Shown here in pieces: positions 13,623 to 28,936 of a DNA stretch of 64,000 nt. A program made the position numbers and the translations under genes. The notes under the pieces are model-generated. The model did not search any database, was not told the DNA's origin, and was given only the letters and a program-made list of their open reading frames with translations. This DNA comes from Amoeboaphelidium protococcarum X5 (lineage: Eukaryota > Fungi > Aphelidiomycota), in the NCBI GenBank assembly GCA_023515725.1, contig JALDTO010000179.1, positions 260,039-324,038 of the forward strand, written 5' to 3'. The number at the start of each line of letters is the position of its first letter. Positions within the stretch are counted from its first letter, which is position 1.

Positions 13623-13721
13623 TGAAATAGATGATAATTTTGTACATTAGCATTATATGTACAGTTGGCATTCTTATCGCATAAGTATTCAGATAAAGCA
13701 AGACACTTACACACGTGTGGC

Positions 13722-15941
13722 TCATCTTCTTGGAGGCCATGCACTCTTGAGTTTAGTCTACTGCGTGGATGTCGACTTTTACACCTTGGAGGTTGTATTA
13801 GCGGATGATTCTGTACCTTTACGCTTTCTGGATGTTTACTTGGTGGCGGCTGTTTGCGGCTTGACAGTATTTTTCACACTATCCAATGATCCATCAAAGT
13901 TTTCAATATTACCACCGCCATCAGACTCCAAGACTATGATATCGTCATTGTCATTAACATTCACAATATCACCACCGCCAATATCGCTATCGTCAATCTC
14001 AACCACTGAGCTCGCTTTTCTCTATCTCTTTTGAGCAGATGTTGAACTAGCTTTACTCTTACCAACACGACTGGATGACGATGCTTTAGCTCTGGATGTA
14101 GACGCGCCAACCTTATCATCATCAGGAAATATCAAGGTATCTTGCATAAACTCTGCATCCATAGCAGTTTGCTCTCTTCCAACATATGGATCATACGCAA
14201 CATTAGTATTAAATTACGTTGGCGCCACCGAGTCGGCTTGAGTTTACGTAGCAGCAACTCCTCCAGCTGTTGCCATCTATGATTACTGTTGAGTCACAAT
14301 ATCTTGTTACTTGTCGTATTTGGTATCATCCTGAGATAAACTGTACTTTGAATCCTAATCGTACTTGAGTCCCTTCCGAGCTTTCAACTCTTTGAGAACA
14401 ATGATAATGTCATTATCAGTGTTCAACTCCATCTACTTGTTCAGAGTCAGCTCTTTATTAGTGCTATCGATGTTAAGATCCACATATTCTCTGATCGCAT
14501 CCTTGTCATCCTTCTAAACAAATTTAGTGATCGACTCGTGCAGACCACTCTCTGGTAACATGGTTAACTCTTGCATGTTAAGGTACTCATTGACTAACTA
14601 ATCAACCTGCACAGAGTCTAATTTAATCGCTTCACTCTACTAAATCAACAACTGTTACTACACCTACTGTGTTGTAGTATTCCCACCGAGCTTTGAATTG
14701 TACAAACGCCTCTTGAAAAAGTATACGAGATCTTTAGGATTAGCAACTTTACCCACGTACTATTGACTAAATCTGGCAGTATGGAAAGTGGTAAACTCAC
14801 CAGTATAGTCAATCTTTAAACGGATAAGTGGCAGAGGCGGTTCTACACCAGCTGCATCATCATCCACATTCTGCTCCCTCCATTTGCGTCTAGCTTCTGT
14901 CACCATATCATCCAGAATTGTACAAATGTACTTGTGAATACCTTTCTAATCCAATCTATTTATACCACTATCCTGAAGAACGATGCTCCTCACCACAAAT
15001 GGTCTTACAGTCTTCAGAGGAACTTTTTGAATATTAAACTAGTTATTAACGCCAATAGTCAGAATACCAACATGTTTATCAATAGATTCTCCATCACTCA
15101 GACTGGTGGCAATCGAACTTCCCGGCTACGTGATGTAGAACTGCTACTAATCATTGTACTCCACATCAATGCGGCAATCATGTTCATGTCCCCAGAATAC
15201 TAAATCTATGAGAGGATCTATGAAACCCTCCGGCACATAACTGGTGTCAGTATGCTTTACTCGATTCTAATGAAGAACCAAAATATTGAACCATCTACCA
15301 CCACCACCATCATTATCGGACTCACTTTCATGATGTTTAAGCAGCGTCACTTTACCCTCTCTGAAGCATCGGTACAACCGCTCATCACGAACATTACCAA
15401 GACCGTAAATGGCAATCTTTATACCGCCCTTCTTCAGCAATAGGGGACTAATTTCAATCTTGTCTAGAGTTGGCTATTTGCCAAAATAATTCACGTAATT
15501 GGCATTGGACAGGATATCGATGCTGCTATAACCTTATTGCGATGGATCATCATGATTACCGTGTATGGTAAAGATTGGCATCTGAATATTAATGTCTGGA
15601 TTCTAAATGTTCACCTGGGCAAACTTGTCATGAAAATTCACTGATGGATCGCTAAAGTAGTCGAAAGCTATAGGTCTGCTGCCCATGACGCGACTACGCA
15701 GTATCTCCAGAGTCTTGACAATACACGGCACGGAGGGCCGATTGTCATGAAATAAGTCTCCACCAAGCAAGACGAAATCTACCTGATGCTCAGCCGCAAT
15801 CTATAAGACTTCATTGAACGTGACAAACGAATCATTTCCACGCACGGGATCCTTCTCCATGTATCCAACATGATTATCAGTAGAAATGAGAATTTTGAAT
15901 TCTTACTGCAACGGCACTTGACCACTTATTTCTTGATCCAT
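13722..15941 (-). CDS. MRE11: Double-strand break repair nuclease Mre11
   Basis: [51 protein letters not shown] and [11 protein letters not shown] at 13722. Confidence 0.95.
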
Positions 15942-16188
15942 AATACTATACGATAATAATAAACGAGTTAAAATTGTGCACCCAGATAGATCTTGAGAAT
16001 ATATGATTAACTATCTGTATCCTTGATCCTGATGATTTACAGATGAGAGAAGTGAGAAGAAGAGCGCGAATAGTTTCAATTCAGAATCTTGTTTCATTCC
16101 GAAAAGGGATAGAACTCCCCTCTGACTCTATCTTATTAGTTAATGGGAATAAGAATTAAAGATGCGGGAAAATATCAAGTATAATCAC

Positions 16189-17937
16189 TCAATCATCATA
16201 TTTAAGTCGCTAAAGAGCTTCAGTTCTTCTAATCTCAATGGAAACTTGAGCAATCATGAACGCGTATAAAAAGTACATCAGGATCGCGTACGGATTGTCG
16301 ACAAACAACTTCTGCATCAAGTGCGGAATATCTTTGTAATCACGAACACAAAATCCCACAACATTAGCAATGCACATAAAGACAACATTGCATGCATATC
16401 CAGCAGCGGTTAAATGTCGGTAATATGGCAGGTGGCTTAAATACTTCTGACCCAGTATATTACACAAATATTCAGGAACGATAAAGAGGCAAATCAACCA
16501 TCCCCATAAGAGCAGCTTGAACGTGATATCATGCCAGATGGCAACAAATGTAAACACCACCCACATATTGTACAAACGATATTTTGAACCACCGAGAGGA
16601 ATGTACAAATATCGAATGATCCACTTGTTGTAAGACTGGTGCCAGTATCTCCAGAAATCTATTCCACTGAATGAGTCGTACATACACCGCACCATGTTCT
16701 CAACTGGGTATATGCCATCACACAACGCCCAAAATCTAAAGAATCGCCAGATTATTAATAATTTAAGCCAGACAAACATCAAATTGTACACACTGAGAAT
16801 AGCCACCTGAAGACCAGACAAATTCTGCCACGCATTAGCCTTCTGTACAGCGACCACGTACATCATGTGCATCAATGTCTCCATGAGCATAATGACACCA
16901 GCGAGACGGAGACCATAAACTACTGTTGACTTGAATTCAAGCTTCTTTGATCTTTATGACAATTGAGAGCGATATGTATTAAAAGTAATAATAGGACCAG
17001 CGAGATACAAAGGAATGTATAAACAATACTGAAGGTAATTAACATATGAATACTCTTCAGGCAAACGGCTCCTTTACGCGCGGTACTTGTCACATTTATC
17101 ACCAGACTACCTGCACTATACACAAGTCTAATGCTTGGAATCAAGTTTTTGATCACTGCCGTCTGCTGCAGCCTCCAGTTACCATTGGTAATCCATTGCA
17201 TAAGAAATCATCCTGAGCACGGTGATATTAAAGGTTACATACCATCTGGACATGAGGCCATTGTTATCATCTAAGGGTGCAAAGCTCTAATGTAAATGAG
17301 AGAACTTATATCCAGAGTGTTAATCATTCAGATAGAGAACTGATATACAATACAACCACACGACAAGAGGCATCAACCATGGTGTCTAAACCGAGGCCAG
17401 CGATCTGCATATCATGTAGTTTATCGACAAAATAATAAGGATTTTCAACAGACCATTACCATGAAGCACATATAAGAATACTAAAGAAAATACAATCTAG
17501 AACAAATGCTGGTAATTGACAGCGGTAGATTAAAATCTAAGATCAAGAAATCTAGTCCATCTAGACAGTAAGACATGCAACGTCAGACACACGGCAAGTA
17601 TCGGTATTTTAGTCCGGAATCCCGAATACTGTAGATCTGAATTATCAATTTATCGCCAGCTACCAAAGATCCAACTATCAGAGAGCAGATGCTAAAATTG
17701 GAACCAACTATCGTTATTCATGGAGCTCACATTCCACATCACAGGAATGGAGATTACATGGATGACTGCAAACAGCATATAGTATAACTTGAACTCTCCA
17801 GATAGAAGAAGCGATGGCTGATCGCTTGCATATCCATGAGATTTCTTTCTATCAGACATTTATTATTACTAAGATCGCCGAGTATCTGCCATATTCAATG
17901 GAAGTTGCTATTGCTAATGTTTCCGATCTGCGGGCAT
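16189..17937 (-). CDS. GUP1: MBOAT O-acyltransferase Gup1/HHAT-like
   Basis: DNSDLQYSGFR, FNITVLRMISYAMDY, PLYLAGPIITF, FWRYWHQSYNKWIIRYLYIPLGG and FVAIWHD. Start could be 17892. Confidence 0.9.
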
Positions 17938-18160
17938 ATTTCTCAATTGTTTCAAGTGAAGCGACTGGGCGTTTGACGGTGAAGAGAAACAACCCTCTCT
18001 CTCACTCTCACTCTTAGGAGCACGAGGAAACTTTACTCTCAGAATTAACTGTGCGGCGATAAAGTGCACGTCATTTTCGTCTGAACAAAATTCAAATTCT
18101 AATATAACAATAAAAAGAATGAATTAAATGCGCTTTAAGTTATTCAATCTAATGGAAATA

Positions 18161-20329
18161 TCATTGAGTGGAGAACATGAACAGCTCTTTTGAGCCGTGT
18201 ATCATCTTTGGCAACTTGGAAGTGCCAACGATTCTTTCCAGAGCAAGCGCGTCATACTTGGAGTACAATGCAACAACTTTACTATTTCTATCCAGTAGCT
18301 CATCCACATCCGCATCCGCATTCTTCAAATCCACAAGCATAGATGCAAACTCAGTGTAGAAATGAGCATTAGCCACTGGACCAGAGAACACCAACTGTTT
18401 GATGCCGCGAAGACGATACCGTCTAAAGTAATGAAATCTCTCAGTCACCACCATGAAATCTCGCTTGCCGTGATAGAAATGCGACCGAGAACGACTAATA
18501 TCTCCAGCTGAAGAGTACTCACTTATAGCCACGTACGATAAAGGCTTGGGTGCATCAACGTACTACTCAGCATCAGACTCCAATTTCTCGAACCAGTTCC
18601 TCAACTTTAAAAATTCTAAATACGTAGGCACAACAATACAGCATCCAAGCCCTTTACCGCCACCAGCCAAATTTAATGATTGCTTGCGCTAATCAGCAAC
18701 ACTCGGTATTATTGTGTCAATCAAATACTAAAATCTGGAATCTTCAGCATCGATATGAGATGAGACACTACTGACTTTTACAAAAATCTGCTTCAGACCG
18801 GGAACTTCAACATTAGCCAAACAGCCATCGTACACTTCACGCTTATACTGCACAGAGCCTGCGATATTAAGGCAATACCGATTGCACAAGGCATTCAATT
18901 CCGGAAACTAGTGCCTACTGATAATGATATTCTACCGCACATACTTGGCATTTCCATCCAGATACAGATGCTTCACTCGGGCAAAATCGATATCCTGATT
19001 AAAATTCGAAGGCTTCAAGTTCAAATGCTTGAATACATGTAGCAGGTGGTCCCAGTTCTGCATGGAAACTACATCAGCACCATCCACTACTAGAACTTCG
19101 ATTGAGGATAGAAAATCAAAATCGCGATCCTTATCACCCTCCTCCTTGATGATCATTCTCAAACCGAGCGGACTGCAGACCAAGATATCACTACCATAAA
19201 AGTCGCTGTACAATTTCATTGCTTTCCTCTGCATTTTGATTCCAATACGGAAACAATCATCTATGTTCCCCTCAAATGTTTAAAGATAATCCGCTGGTTT
19301 AGCTGAATCAACATTGTCCTATTCTGCTGGTAGGGAGAACTCAGTCTAGAATCTCTTCTTGTTCATCACCTACTCAGCTCCGGATAATTGCATAAGACTC
19401 TTGATAACCTGCAACGCGTCATTCTTAAAAGGCAACACTATGAGAACTTTAGGACGGGAATATCCTTGATCTTTAATCTCTAGATTCTAATCATCAGCCT
19501 TTAACTTTTCATTATTCTTTATCACTAGATCGCGGGTATGATGCACATGATTAAGTGCATGCAGACAATACTATTCAATAAAAGATTGTCGCTACTAATA
19601 AGTCTTGTCAAATATGTGAATATCGCGGTATTCAAGCATATTATGCATCACTGGGGAAGATGCCATTTTCTGATAGGCATCTTACAGTCTCGGCTTGACA
19701 CTGGTACTAGATTTACCATAGCGATCATCTGCCTCAAGTTTACTCACTGTAATAATCTGATTATCGATGTGTTACACTTCCTTTATAAAGCGTCTATCCA
19801 TTCTATTAGCCATTTTGTTTTCAAATATCTTCTTCAGTTCAGAGTCCAATCCATAATCAGAGAATTAACCATCATACGCGTTCACGGCAGATTTATCATC
19901 AGCGCCATTCTCATACTCATCGCTATAATAACTATGTAATTCAACATCTTCATCCTCCCCGCTATCTTAATCTATATAACCGCTGCTTTCAGTATCAGAA
20001 CTACCATCATCTTGAGACGAATACTAAGCTATATCAGCGACAGAACTGACACTCTTAGGTGGACTAATCACAGCCAGGAAATCAGCCAAGCGCACCTTCT
20101 TCCTCTAATCGGCAGCGACATGAGTAGTAGTAACAAATTCTTCACCGCCGAGCTTATCGTCATGAGCTTAAGCTTTATATGTGTTATTATAACGCGCATA
20201 TGCTTCATTGCCACGTCTCTTATCCAAATCTTCCTCTTTAATCACAGTGGACACGTCAAGATCAGCTATATCACCCATCTCTGGCAACTGGCCAAACTCT
20301 TTGATAAACTTTCTATCTCTCTTACTCAT
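18161..20329 (-). CDS. UTP25: U3 snoRNA-associated protein 25 (DEF/Utp25)
   Basis: DQGYSRPKVLIVLPF, LYSDFYGSDILVCSPLGLR, DFLSSIEVLVVD, MQNWDH and TERFHYFRRYRLRG. Confidence 0.93.
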
Positions 20330-20562
20330 TTATATATATTTGCTATCACTTAAAAATCGAGCTATTATAATAATATATTATTTCCAAAATATCTGCGTGA
20401 ATTATTAACTGTAAAGCAGGACCTCTATCACCAGTTGATGAAAAATGCGAAAAAGGTGAAAATCTCCTTTATACCTTTCACCTCAATCGCCGCACCTTTT
20501 ATAGAGTTATAATAAAATATCTTTTAAGGCGTTCAGCTTTATTTTAGTCAAAATAGAGAGAT
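20330..20562. promoter_or_regulatory. Bidirectional promoter region UTP25/MAK5 with RRPE-like A-tracts
   Basis: 233-bp spacer between divergent ribosome-biogenesis genes, containing GATGAAAAATGCGAAAAAGGTGAAAATC at ~20437-20464. Confidence 0.4.
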
Positions 20563-22764
20563 ATGGGAAAAGGATAGTGGAAGTCTATTCCAGTGCCGCT
20601 AGATTGTTCGCTCACTGAAGGTGGCCAGGGATTTGGTCTGATTGAATTTGAAGAATTTGAGGATGTATCAATGCTTGGGGAGCGTACTACTATTACAACT
20701 GATGTATAGCCTGATGACCAACCTGCTGATTAAAGAGTGGCGCCTATTAAAGCTTCCCTCTCAGCTGCTAGTCCTAAACAGAAGAAAATTAAGCGTACCT
20801 CTGAGCAGAATATTGCGCCCGTGTAGGATTAGACTGATATGGAGTAAATTTATGCTGATATGAAAGACTGGCAAGTTTTTAATGGCAATGATGATAGTGA
20901 CCAAAATAGACGCGTTTTATGTGATGAATTACTGCGTGGTCTTCACAAGCTTGGCTTTCTTAAGCCGACTCCTATCCAGCGGGATACTCTGAAAGTTGCT
21001 CTACCACCACTGAGTAAAGATGTTCTAGGTGCCGCTATTACTGGTAGTGGTAAATCGCTGGCTTTTGGTCTTCCTATACTGAACTATTTGTATTAGCAAA
21101 GACACTAGAATGCAGTCGCTGAAGATAAAAACAGTGATTCAGATGGCCTAGTCGCGTTAATACTGACACCCACAAGAGAACTGGCCATGTAGATTCGTGA
21201 TCACTTTAGAGCAGTGAGTAACAATGAGATTGATGTCTTGGCCCTGGTTGGCGGAATGTCTACTTAGAAGTAGGAGCGGTTGTTGTTAGAGAGACCGCCC
21301 ATTGTAGTTGCCACTCCCGGTCGATTGAATGAATGGTTGTAGTGTAATCCTTCAGCTTCACTGAATTAGACTGAGCGTGGGGATTTGCGTTCTCGTGAAA
21401 TATAGCAGTATTTTGAGATTGCCAAGTCTACGATGCGATTCTTGGTTATTGACGAGGCTGATAGAATGGTGGAACGTGGAAAGTATGAAGATTTGGACGA
21501 TGTGTTAAAGTACTTTTAGCCTATTGATAGTAGATCCAATTCATTACAGGATTGGGAGTAGCTGCCTGATGGTGAATTGGTGGTTAAGCAGTCTGATAAT
21601 GACAAAGCATCTAACGAATCTACTAGCGCATCGTCATCTTCCTAAAAGTAAAGTGATGCTATCGCGGTTGTAATTAAGAGACAGACTTTTGTATTTTCAG
21701 CTACATTGACTACATAGGATCAAGTGATGCTTATGAAGAAGAGTAGTGGTGGCAAGAGGAAGGTTAAAGATTCTCCGTTGCAAATCATTTATAAACGCGT
21801 CCACTTTGCTGATAAGTAACCGGCAATTATTAATCTGACGGCTGAAGATGGTAATATGTCCCGCAAGTTGAAAGAGTGCGTAATCAAGTGTCCATCTCTA
21901 TTCGACAAGGACTGTTACCTCTACTATTTCCTTCTGAAGTATGCCATGTTTCCAAAAGTAAAGACTATTATATTTGTCAACAGTATCGATGGTATCCGTC
22001 GACTTAATCCAATTTTGACTCTATTGCAGATCAAGTGTAATGTTATTCACTCTGGTATGGACCAGAGACGTCGTCTGATTAGCATTGACAAATTCAAGAG
22101 AACTTGTGGTGTACTGTTGGCATCAGATGTAGCTGCCAGAGGTTTGGATATTCCCAATGTAGATCATGTCATTCACTACCAGGTGCCATAGACTACAGAT
22201 CTATACGTGCATAGGAGTGGTAGAACAGCTAGAGCTGCCAACGATGGTCTCAGCTTACTCCTGTGTGGACCAGAGGAAACACCTTAGCTCAAGATGATCA
22301 ACTGCTTTGTCAATGAACAGCAGCGATCAATCGAAGACTTTTCTATTGATCTAAGTACGGTGGCTAAATTGAAGTAGCGCGTCAAATTGGCAGTGGATAT
22401 TGATAAGGCAAGTCATTAGATCACCAAATAGAAGCATGACGATGACTGGATCAGGAAAGCTGCAGTAGATTTGGACGTTGAACTGGATGAGGATTATCAT
22501 GGAGACTTGTTCAGAGGCGGTCTGGACAGTAATGGTAGCTAAAGTGGCGTTAAGCAACAAGTTAGAAAAGAGAAAGGAATTGCAACGAAGCGTGCTGAAT
22601 TGAAGCAGTTATTAAGCCAAAATATTCTTGGTGGAGGTTTGCAGAAGAAGTTTATCGCATCTGGTGGTAAAGTTGATCAACAGCTGATCCTTGAGAACTT
22701 GTCCTCTAATAATCGCCTTTTATCCAAGAAGAGGGTACGCGCTTTGGATGATTTAGACTCTTGA
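20563..22764 (+). CDS. MAK5: DEAD-box RNA helicase Mak5/DDX24
   Basis: [46 protein letters not shown] and [11 protein letters not shown]. Confidence 0.9.
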
Positions 22765-22933
22765 ATTATCTTCAATAGAGTTAATTAATTAGAATTTCTA
22801 CTATCTTATATTTTTTCAATTTGTTATTAAATGCTTAATTGATATATTCTAGGAGCGATCAGTTCTTTTTACTATCGCTATCACTCGCGAGTTCTTACAG
22901 TTAAAGAACGAAATTTAATATAAAGTAGAGAAA

Positions 22934-24044
22934 ATGGACTTGGTCAGAGATTGGTATTAATGGGCAAGATTAACTCTACAAAGGGCATTATTGCAGTCAC
23001 TCACTCAGCACAGCGATAGCCTTCCTAATCATATTGCGTTCATCATGGATGGAAATCGACGGTTCGCCAGACGATCTCAGCGAGACATTAGTGTGGGGCA
23101 CCAGATTGGCTTCAGCGCTCTTGAACAAGTATGATTATGATAATTCATTTGCAATTGATCATAATGATGTCATCTTATTGTTATTATAGATTCTGGAAAC
23201 TTGCTACCATCTTGGGATTAAAGTCATCACAGTGTACGCGTTCAGTATAGACAATTTCAATCGATCGCAGGAGGAGGTGGACAATTTGATGGACCTATTC
23301 CGTGAGAAGTTAAAATTATTCCGAGATGAAAGGTATATATATATATATATTAGCATTAGCTCTAAGTATTGAAATCTTATATTAATGCTTGCGGTATGAT
23401 TGAGTGTATAATCATCGAACTGCGAGCATTGATAATAGTGTAGTCACCTAGTGCAATAGTATCAGGTGCGGATTCGTGTCGTTGGAGATCTGAACCTGCT
23501 TCCTGCTGATGTTCGCCAAGAAGCTCAAAAAGTGATGGAGTCTACTCGCTCATACAACAGGTAGTTTATTTCGCGTTGTATATATATGGTGAATCAACTC
23601 TATATTACTTTTATATTTTGTAGAGCACTGCTTAATATTTGCTGTCCTTACACAAGTTCTTTCGATATCAACTAGGCATTTAAAAGAGCAGAGGAGGAGA
23701 ATTAGTTGATGATCAGTCAGCGTGAGAAATCAGTTTTAGATCGAACTGAAGTTGATTTTAAGTCAAAGCTCTTAATGCTGGATGATTGCGATTAGTTCCT
23801 ACATTATCCATTAGATTTACTTATACGGACATCTGGAGAGACTAGGCTTAGCGATTTCATGTTGTATGAAGTGACGCGTAATCCTCAGGCCAGGATTGAA
23901 TTCATTGATGTGATGTGGCCAGAGTTTAATTTCTGGCACTTTTTACCAATTTTGATTAGATTCATGTATGACACAAAGTAGTAGAAGTAGAAGGAATAGT
24001 ATTAGGATTAGAGGCTACAATTATAAACTTTATTTCATTCATGA
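22934..24044 (+). CDS. RER2: cis-prenyltransferase (dehydrodolichyl diphosphate synthase); introns 23129-23189, 23333-23443, 23561-23623
   Basis: PNHIAFIMDGNRRFA, TVYAFSIDNFNRS, LLIRTSGETRLSDF and WPEF. The GT-AG introns restore the frame. Confidence 0.9.
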
Positions 24045-24099
24045 TAATAATTTTTATATCAGTCTTTTCTATAAATTGAGAGTGAGTGTATGTATGAAA

Positions 24100-27000
24100 T
24101 CACTTAGATGGATACTTGCAGTACTTGTCTTGAACAGCGACAACACGATAAGTTCCAGATTTATCTAATGGCAAAGAGTACACAGTGCTCGTAATATCAG
24201 ACAAGGCCTTCTTCTCCAACACTTTACCACTATGATCATCAGAGAGTCGGACATAGGTAAATCCAAAAGGAGGATATCCCTGGAATTGTAAGTTCATCTC
24301 AGTGTGGGATCCTTCACGTATGATCTATTTACCAGAAGTTGTGATTTTAACTCTTGGAATGGAGTGATAGACATACTATGCATCAACCTGCTTACAGCAT
24401 ATCGGACTAAAACTCTTTTCATCTGCACTCTATACTCCCTAACATAGAGATTTCAACCTCAATTGACCATCGCTGGAAAGCTTTGCCGCAATCTGGACCA
24501 GATCCTTCTTTCTCTAAAACTTGTATTACAAAGACTCTAAATCTGATGACTTGGTGTATGGCAAATGACTATCCTTGTGATCTAGCAGTATACTACCATC
24601 GGTAGATGAGCCATTGCTATGCATCAATTCAAAGTTGAGTTGTAAGTCTTTGTGACCTCGCACGTTAAATTAAATCTCTTGACCAACACAATAATAGTCT
24701 TAAGACGACACGCCTTCAAACTCTGGTTACGTGATGGCATTAAATACAATTTTCTTACCAGCATTATTCCCAGATTAATCCACAGACTAATCCAACGAGC
24801 ATTGGTTACCATCAGTCACATCAATAACTTGCAAGTGGTGGATACCTGCGTCGTAAAATAGTGGAATATCCTTAAATAACATTGTATCATCATCCACCAC
24901 GGCAGATTTCACTGAATCATCATCAACGGCATACGTAACATTAAAAGGCTTCTAACCAACAAGTTTCAACTCAGGAATACTTGCCGCAGGTAGAGCGCTA
25001 TTGACACAACAATCAATGGTATTAATGTTCTTAAATCGCGCTTCTGGCCTCTTATTGACTTTAAACATTAAAGTTGATCCGCCAACTGTCACGTTCTTGT
25101 AATTAGAATCAGATATAGTCTAGACAGTGAGAGAAAAATCTCCATTAGACTATAAAGAGCCGGTATCCACTTCAATGGCGCAGTTCTCTTCCAGACACTG
25201 TACACGATTAGTAAACGCTGTTGATTAGTCATTTTTCTTAACAATAGCGTACTAAACTTCAAAAGGGCTTTAGCCACCAAGACTGAGCTTCACTGAAAAC
25301 TTATCATTCTAACAAAGAGCAAATCTCTTCTTTTAAGACAAGTTATCAGATATTTTCACACTTGGTTTGGCGGTGTAGCTAACTTGCAAAATATTACCAC
25401 CAATAATTGAACCTTTACAAAGCGCATCTTGAACAGATTTTATGGTATAAATGCCAGCTTTGTCAACAAAAAGAGAAGGTTCTTTTTTATCTTGATGAAA
25501 CTCAAACTCGCCATATTTCATGGGAATGCTGTCTAGAGACAGCTAATACAATACTTCCACTTGAACAGGATACTTATTGGCAAATACCTTCAAAGGAACG
25601 CTCCGACCTTCATTTTCAATAATGTCCACCTTCATATCTGGTGACGCAAATGAAACTTGAGGATTAGCAGCGAATAATTTAAATTGTGCCGATTCCTAAA
25701 GCTAGACTTTACATCCATTGCCATCGGTTAACTGATCGAATTCAACCTTGTATGAACCACTTTAATTAATCTTATCATCAAGACGCAATTCATAATCGCT
25801 CTAAGCAACTTTGACTTCAGTAGATTTATGCAAAACATAGCCATCCTACTATATAGAGTAAGAAACAGTCCAAGGAGATGACCCAGTTAATTTAAGAGGC
25901 AGAACAACTTAGGGATACACCATATCCGCATTTGGACAAAAATACTACTGATGGTGCAAGACTGAAAGTGACGACGCAGCCTTAAATTCATGAGAGAACT
26001 CCTGATCTTATACCGAAATCCACTCAGGATACATAGCGTCCTTAAATTCAGTGACTCGAATAGTATATTTGCCACTTTACTTTGGCTAAACGATCACATC
26101 TTGATCCGGAGATACAATTTTAGTCTGACCGGCTTTGCTCTAGCCATTGGCTTCAATAGCAGTATAATTGACCAAGAGCGGATATTTTCCACCATCTGAT
26201 ACACCAAACTATAACTTGAATCCGTAATTACCAGAACACTGAGACTCTGCAATAAGACTTTATTTAACATCTAACTGAGGCTAAACATAAGGCTACAAAA
26301 CACATACATTTGACGAGACTCTACCACTACAGCGGTCATCTTTGTATGAAATTAATTGATAGGAGCCAAACTTATCCAACTGGATAGAATGCTTAGTTCC
26401 AGATACCTTAATCTACTTCGAGTGGACCTTGCCACTATTTAGCGCAGTAAACATATACTCAACGAAAGCAGATTCAACTTTATCCTAAAGCTGTACAGTG
26501 GCCTAAACAGTATTTCGCAACTTTGTAGGATCATCCGGCTAACTGAGATAAAACTATTACTTAGGACATTCAAGTTGTGCAAAATTGCTCAACTAAACAA
26601 CAACATCAACTCGACTGGCATCGATCCCTTCAGTGTATACCGTTCTATGCTAACCACAATCAACACGAGTAATAAACATCTAGTAAGTGCCAGGTTCCTC
26701 AAAGCTCATGTCAATATTCGCTTTCTCTCCCGATAGATTATTAAAATGCAAAAACTCACGACGTTACTTGGAATATACGGTGACATTACACTAGACATTT
26801 TGAGGACCTTCAACGTTCAAAGGTATTTTAGGCGACTATCCTTAACAAACTTTAATTTCGCTGACTGCAAACTAAGCTTCCGGACAGTATTCAATCTTTA
26901 ATTCTTTATTCTACACAACTCCAGATCCTTTGGCGTCTTTGACCCAATTGATCGTATATTTACCAGTTCCATTAATCTACCACCTAAACTCGGCACAATT

Positions 27001-27645
27001 GCCAAACTTCACCTGATTGATATTAATAATATGCTCTCTGCTTCTACCAAGTAGAGATGGAATATCGTCCTCTGTAGAGTAGCTAAACTAAAACGGCGCC
27101 ACACCACAAATCTACAGTTGAGCAAACACCGGGTCATTAAGTTTGGAGTTATGAGATCGACGTATACACCCGATGGACTCAATATTAGTAACGGAGAGCG
27201 ACGAATGCGGAACAACTTGCACAGTCAGACTCCCTTCGATGAATTGGTCATCAGAAGACGCATAACCACCGCCAGCATTAATCCAATCATCGCTGAAACG
27301 TGAACGAAAAACGCGAAGAAATCCGCTGACAGACCGCCTTACTCCAACAGGCGAGCGTGGATGCCAAAGGGCGGTGACCAGTAGCAATGTCACTATCCAC
27401 ACACTCAACCATTAAGTCTTACTCTTCAGCACCAGCTTTGGAATCTGAGCAATATATAGACATCCCAGACAGAATGAAGAAATCATGCTCCACAATAATA
27501 GAAGTGAGAAATCGCGTATATAATTCAGATCATTAGAATGCAGCATAACCAGCTTCACATGGCCCACAATGTGACTTGTCAAAACAGCCAATAATAGAAT
27601 GAATGCAGCAGTAGCAATTTATCTCTTGGCAACACTATCTATCAT
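24100..27645 (-). CDS. POM152: Nuclear pore membrane protein Pom152
   Basis: N-terminal TM segments, repeated Ig-like modules (G..PW/PF, GxY...D..C) and C-terminal GYPPFGFTY...GTYRVVAVQDKYC. Confidence 0.85.
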
Positions 27646-27892
27646 AACCTAATACAGTAATTTTATCTTTTTTACCCGAGAAACTAATGTAATACTAAAA
27701 GACAGTTTCAAAACCAAAGAAGAAACGAGAAAGTGACGCGATGAATCTCAACGAGAGAATTTGAAGGGGACAGCTTCCACCTGTAAGATTCACTCTTTGA
27801 CTCGCTCGCTGGCTTTAGAAAATCCGATCATCTCCAGTGTTACGTGTTTACTTCAAGAGCATCCGTTATAAAATCATTAAGCAGTGTTTGGA

Positions 27893-28936
27893 ATGACGGC
27901 TAGTAATATTATTGTCATAGGGACGCGTCAATCTCCGCTGGCTGTGACTTAGACTCAGATGGTTTGTGACGCTATAAAGGAAATATATCCAGGCCATGAT
28001 GATCTACAAATAGAAGTTAAGCACATCAAAACTACCGGAGATAACGTACTTGATGTGCCTCTAAATAAAATTGGATAGAAATCTTTATTTACCAAAGAAT
28101 TGGAGGTGGCTTTATTGAATAAATAAGTAGATTTGGTTGTCCACTCTCTGAAGGACGTGTCAACCACTCTGCCAGACGGTCTTCATCTGGGAGCTGTTTT
28201 AGAACGGGAAGATCCGCGCGATGTGTTGATCTTACGCGCAAATCATCCACTAACAACAGGTAAACTTGAATCTCTTGCCGACCTGCCTGCTGGAACTGTG
28301 TTGGGAACTTCATCGGTCCGTAGACTTGCTTAGCTGAAGCACATGTTCCCGCAGTTGCAATTTAAAGATATCCGTGGAAATCTAAATACGCGTTTACATA
28401 AGTTGGACACTATGATGAAAGAGTAGCCTGATGATGGCTAATACGCGTACGATGGTCTTATTCTGGCATATGCAGGAGTTAAACGAATGGGATGGGAGAC
28501 TAGAATTTCCCTTGTTCTTGAGAGTGATGCAACCGTGTGTAAATAGCCAGTTTTGTACGCAGTTGGTCAAGGCGCGTTGGCGATAGAGTGTAGAGCGGAA
28601 GATATACGTGAAAAACCGTTTATCCGCACTGTGTGTGAGCAGTTGACGCACAAACCAACTTTGATGCGCTGTACCGCTGAGAGGACCCTGATGCGGCGGT
28701 TAGAAGGCGGATGTTCCGTTCCTATCGGTGTTCATACATCATATGACTCTGCTGATAAGCAGCTGAATCTTTGTGCTGTAGTGTGCTCTGTTGATGGAGG
28801 ATAACGAATTGAAGCAGAGATGGTGAGGAAGTGCGATTCACTGGAATAGGCGCACCTGCTCGGAGATGAAGTTGCACAAGACTTACTTGACAAAGGCGCA
28901 TCCGCTATATTATCGTCAGTTCCTAGAAATACATGA
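27893..28936 (+). CDS. HEM3: Porphobilinogen deaminase (hydroxymethylbilane synthase)
   Basis: [48 protein letters not shown] and [10 protein letters not shown]. Confidence 0.96.
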
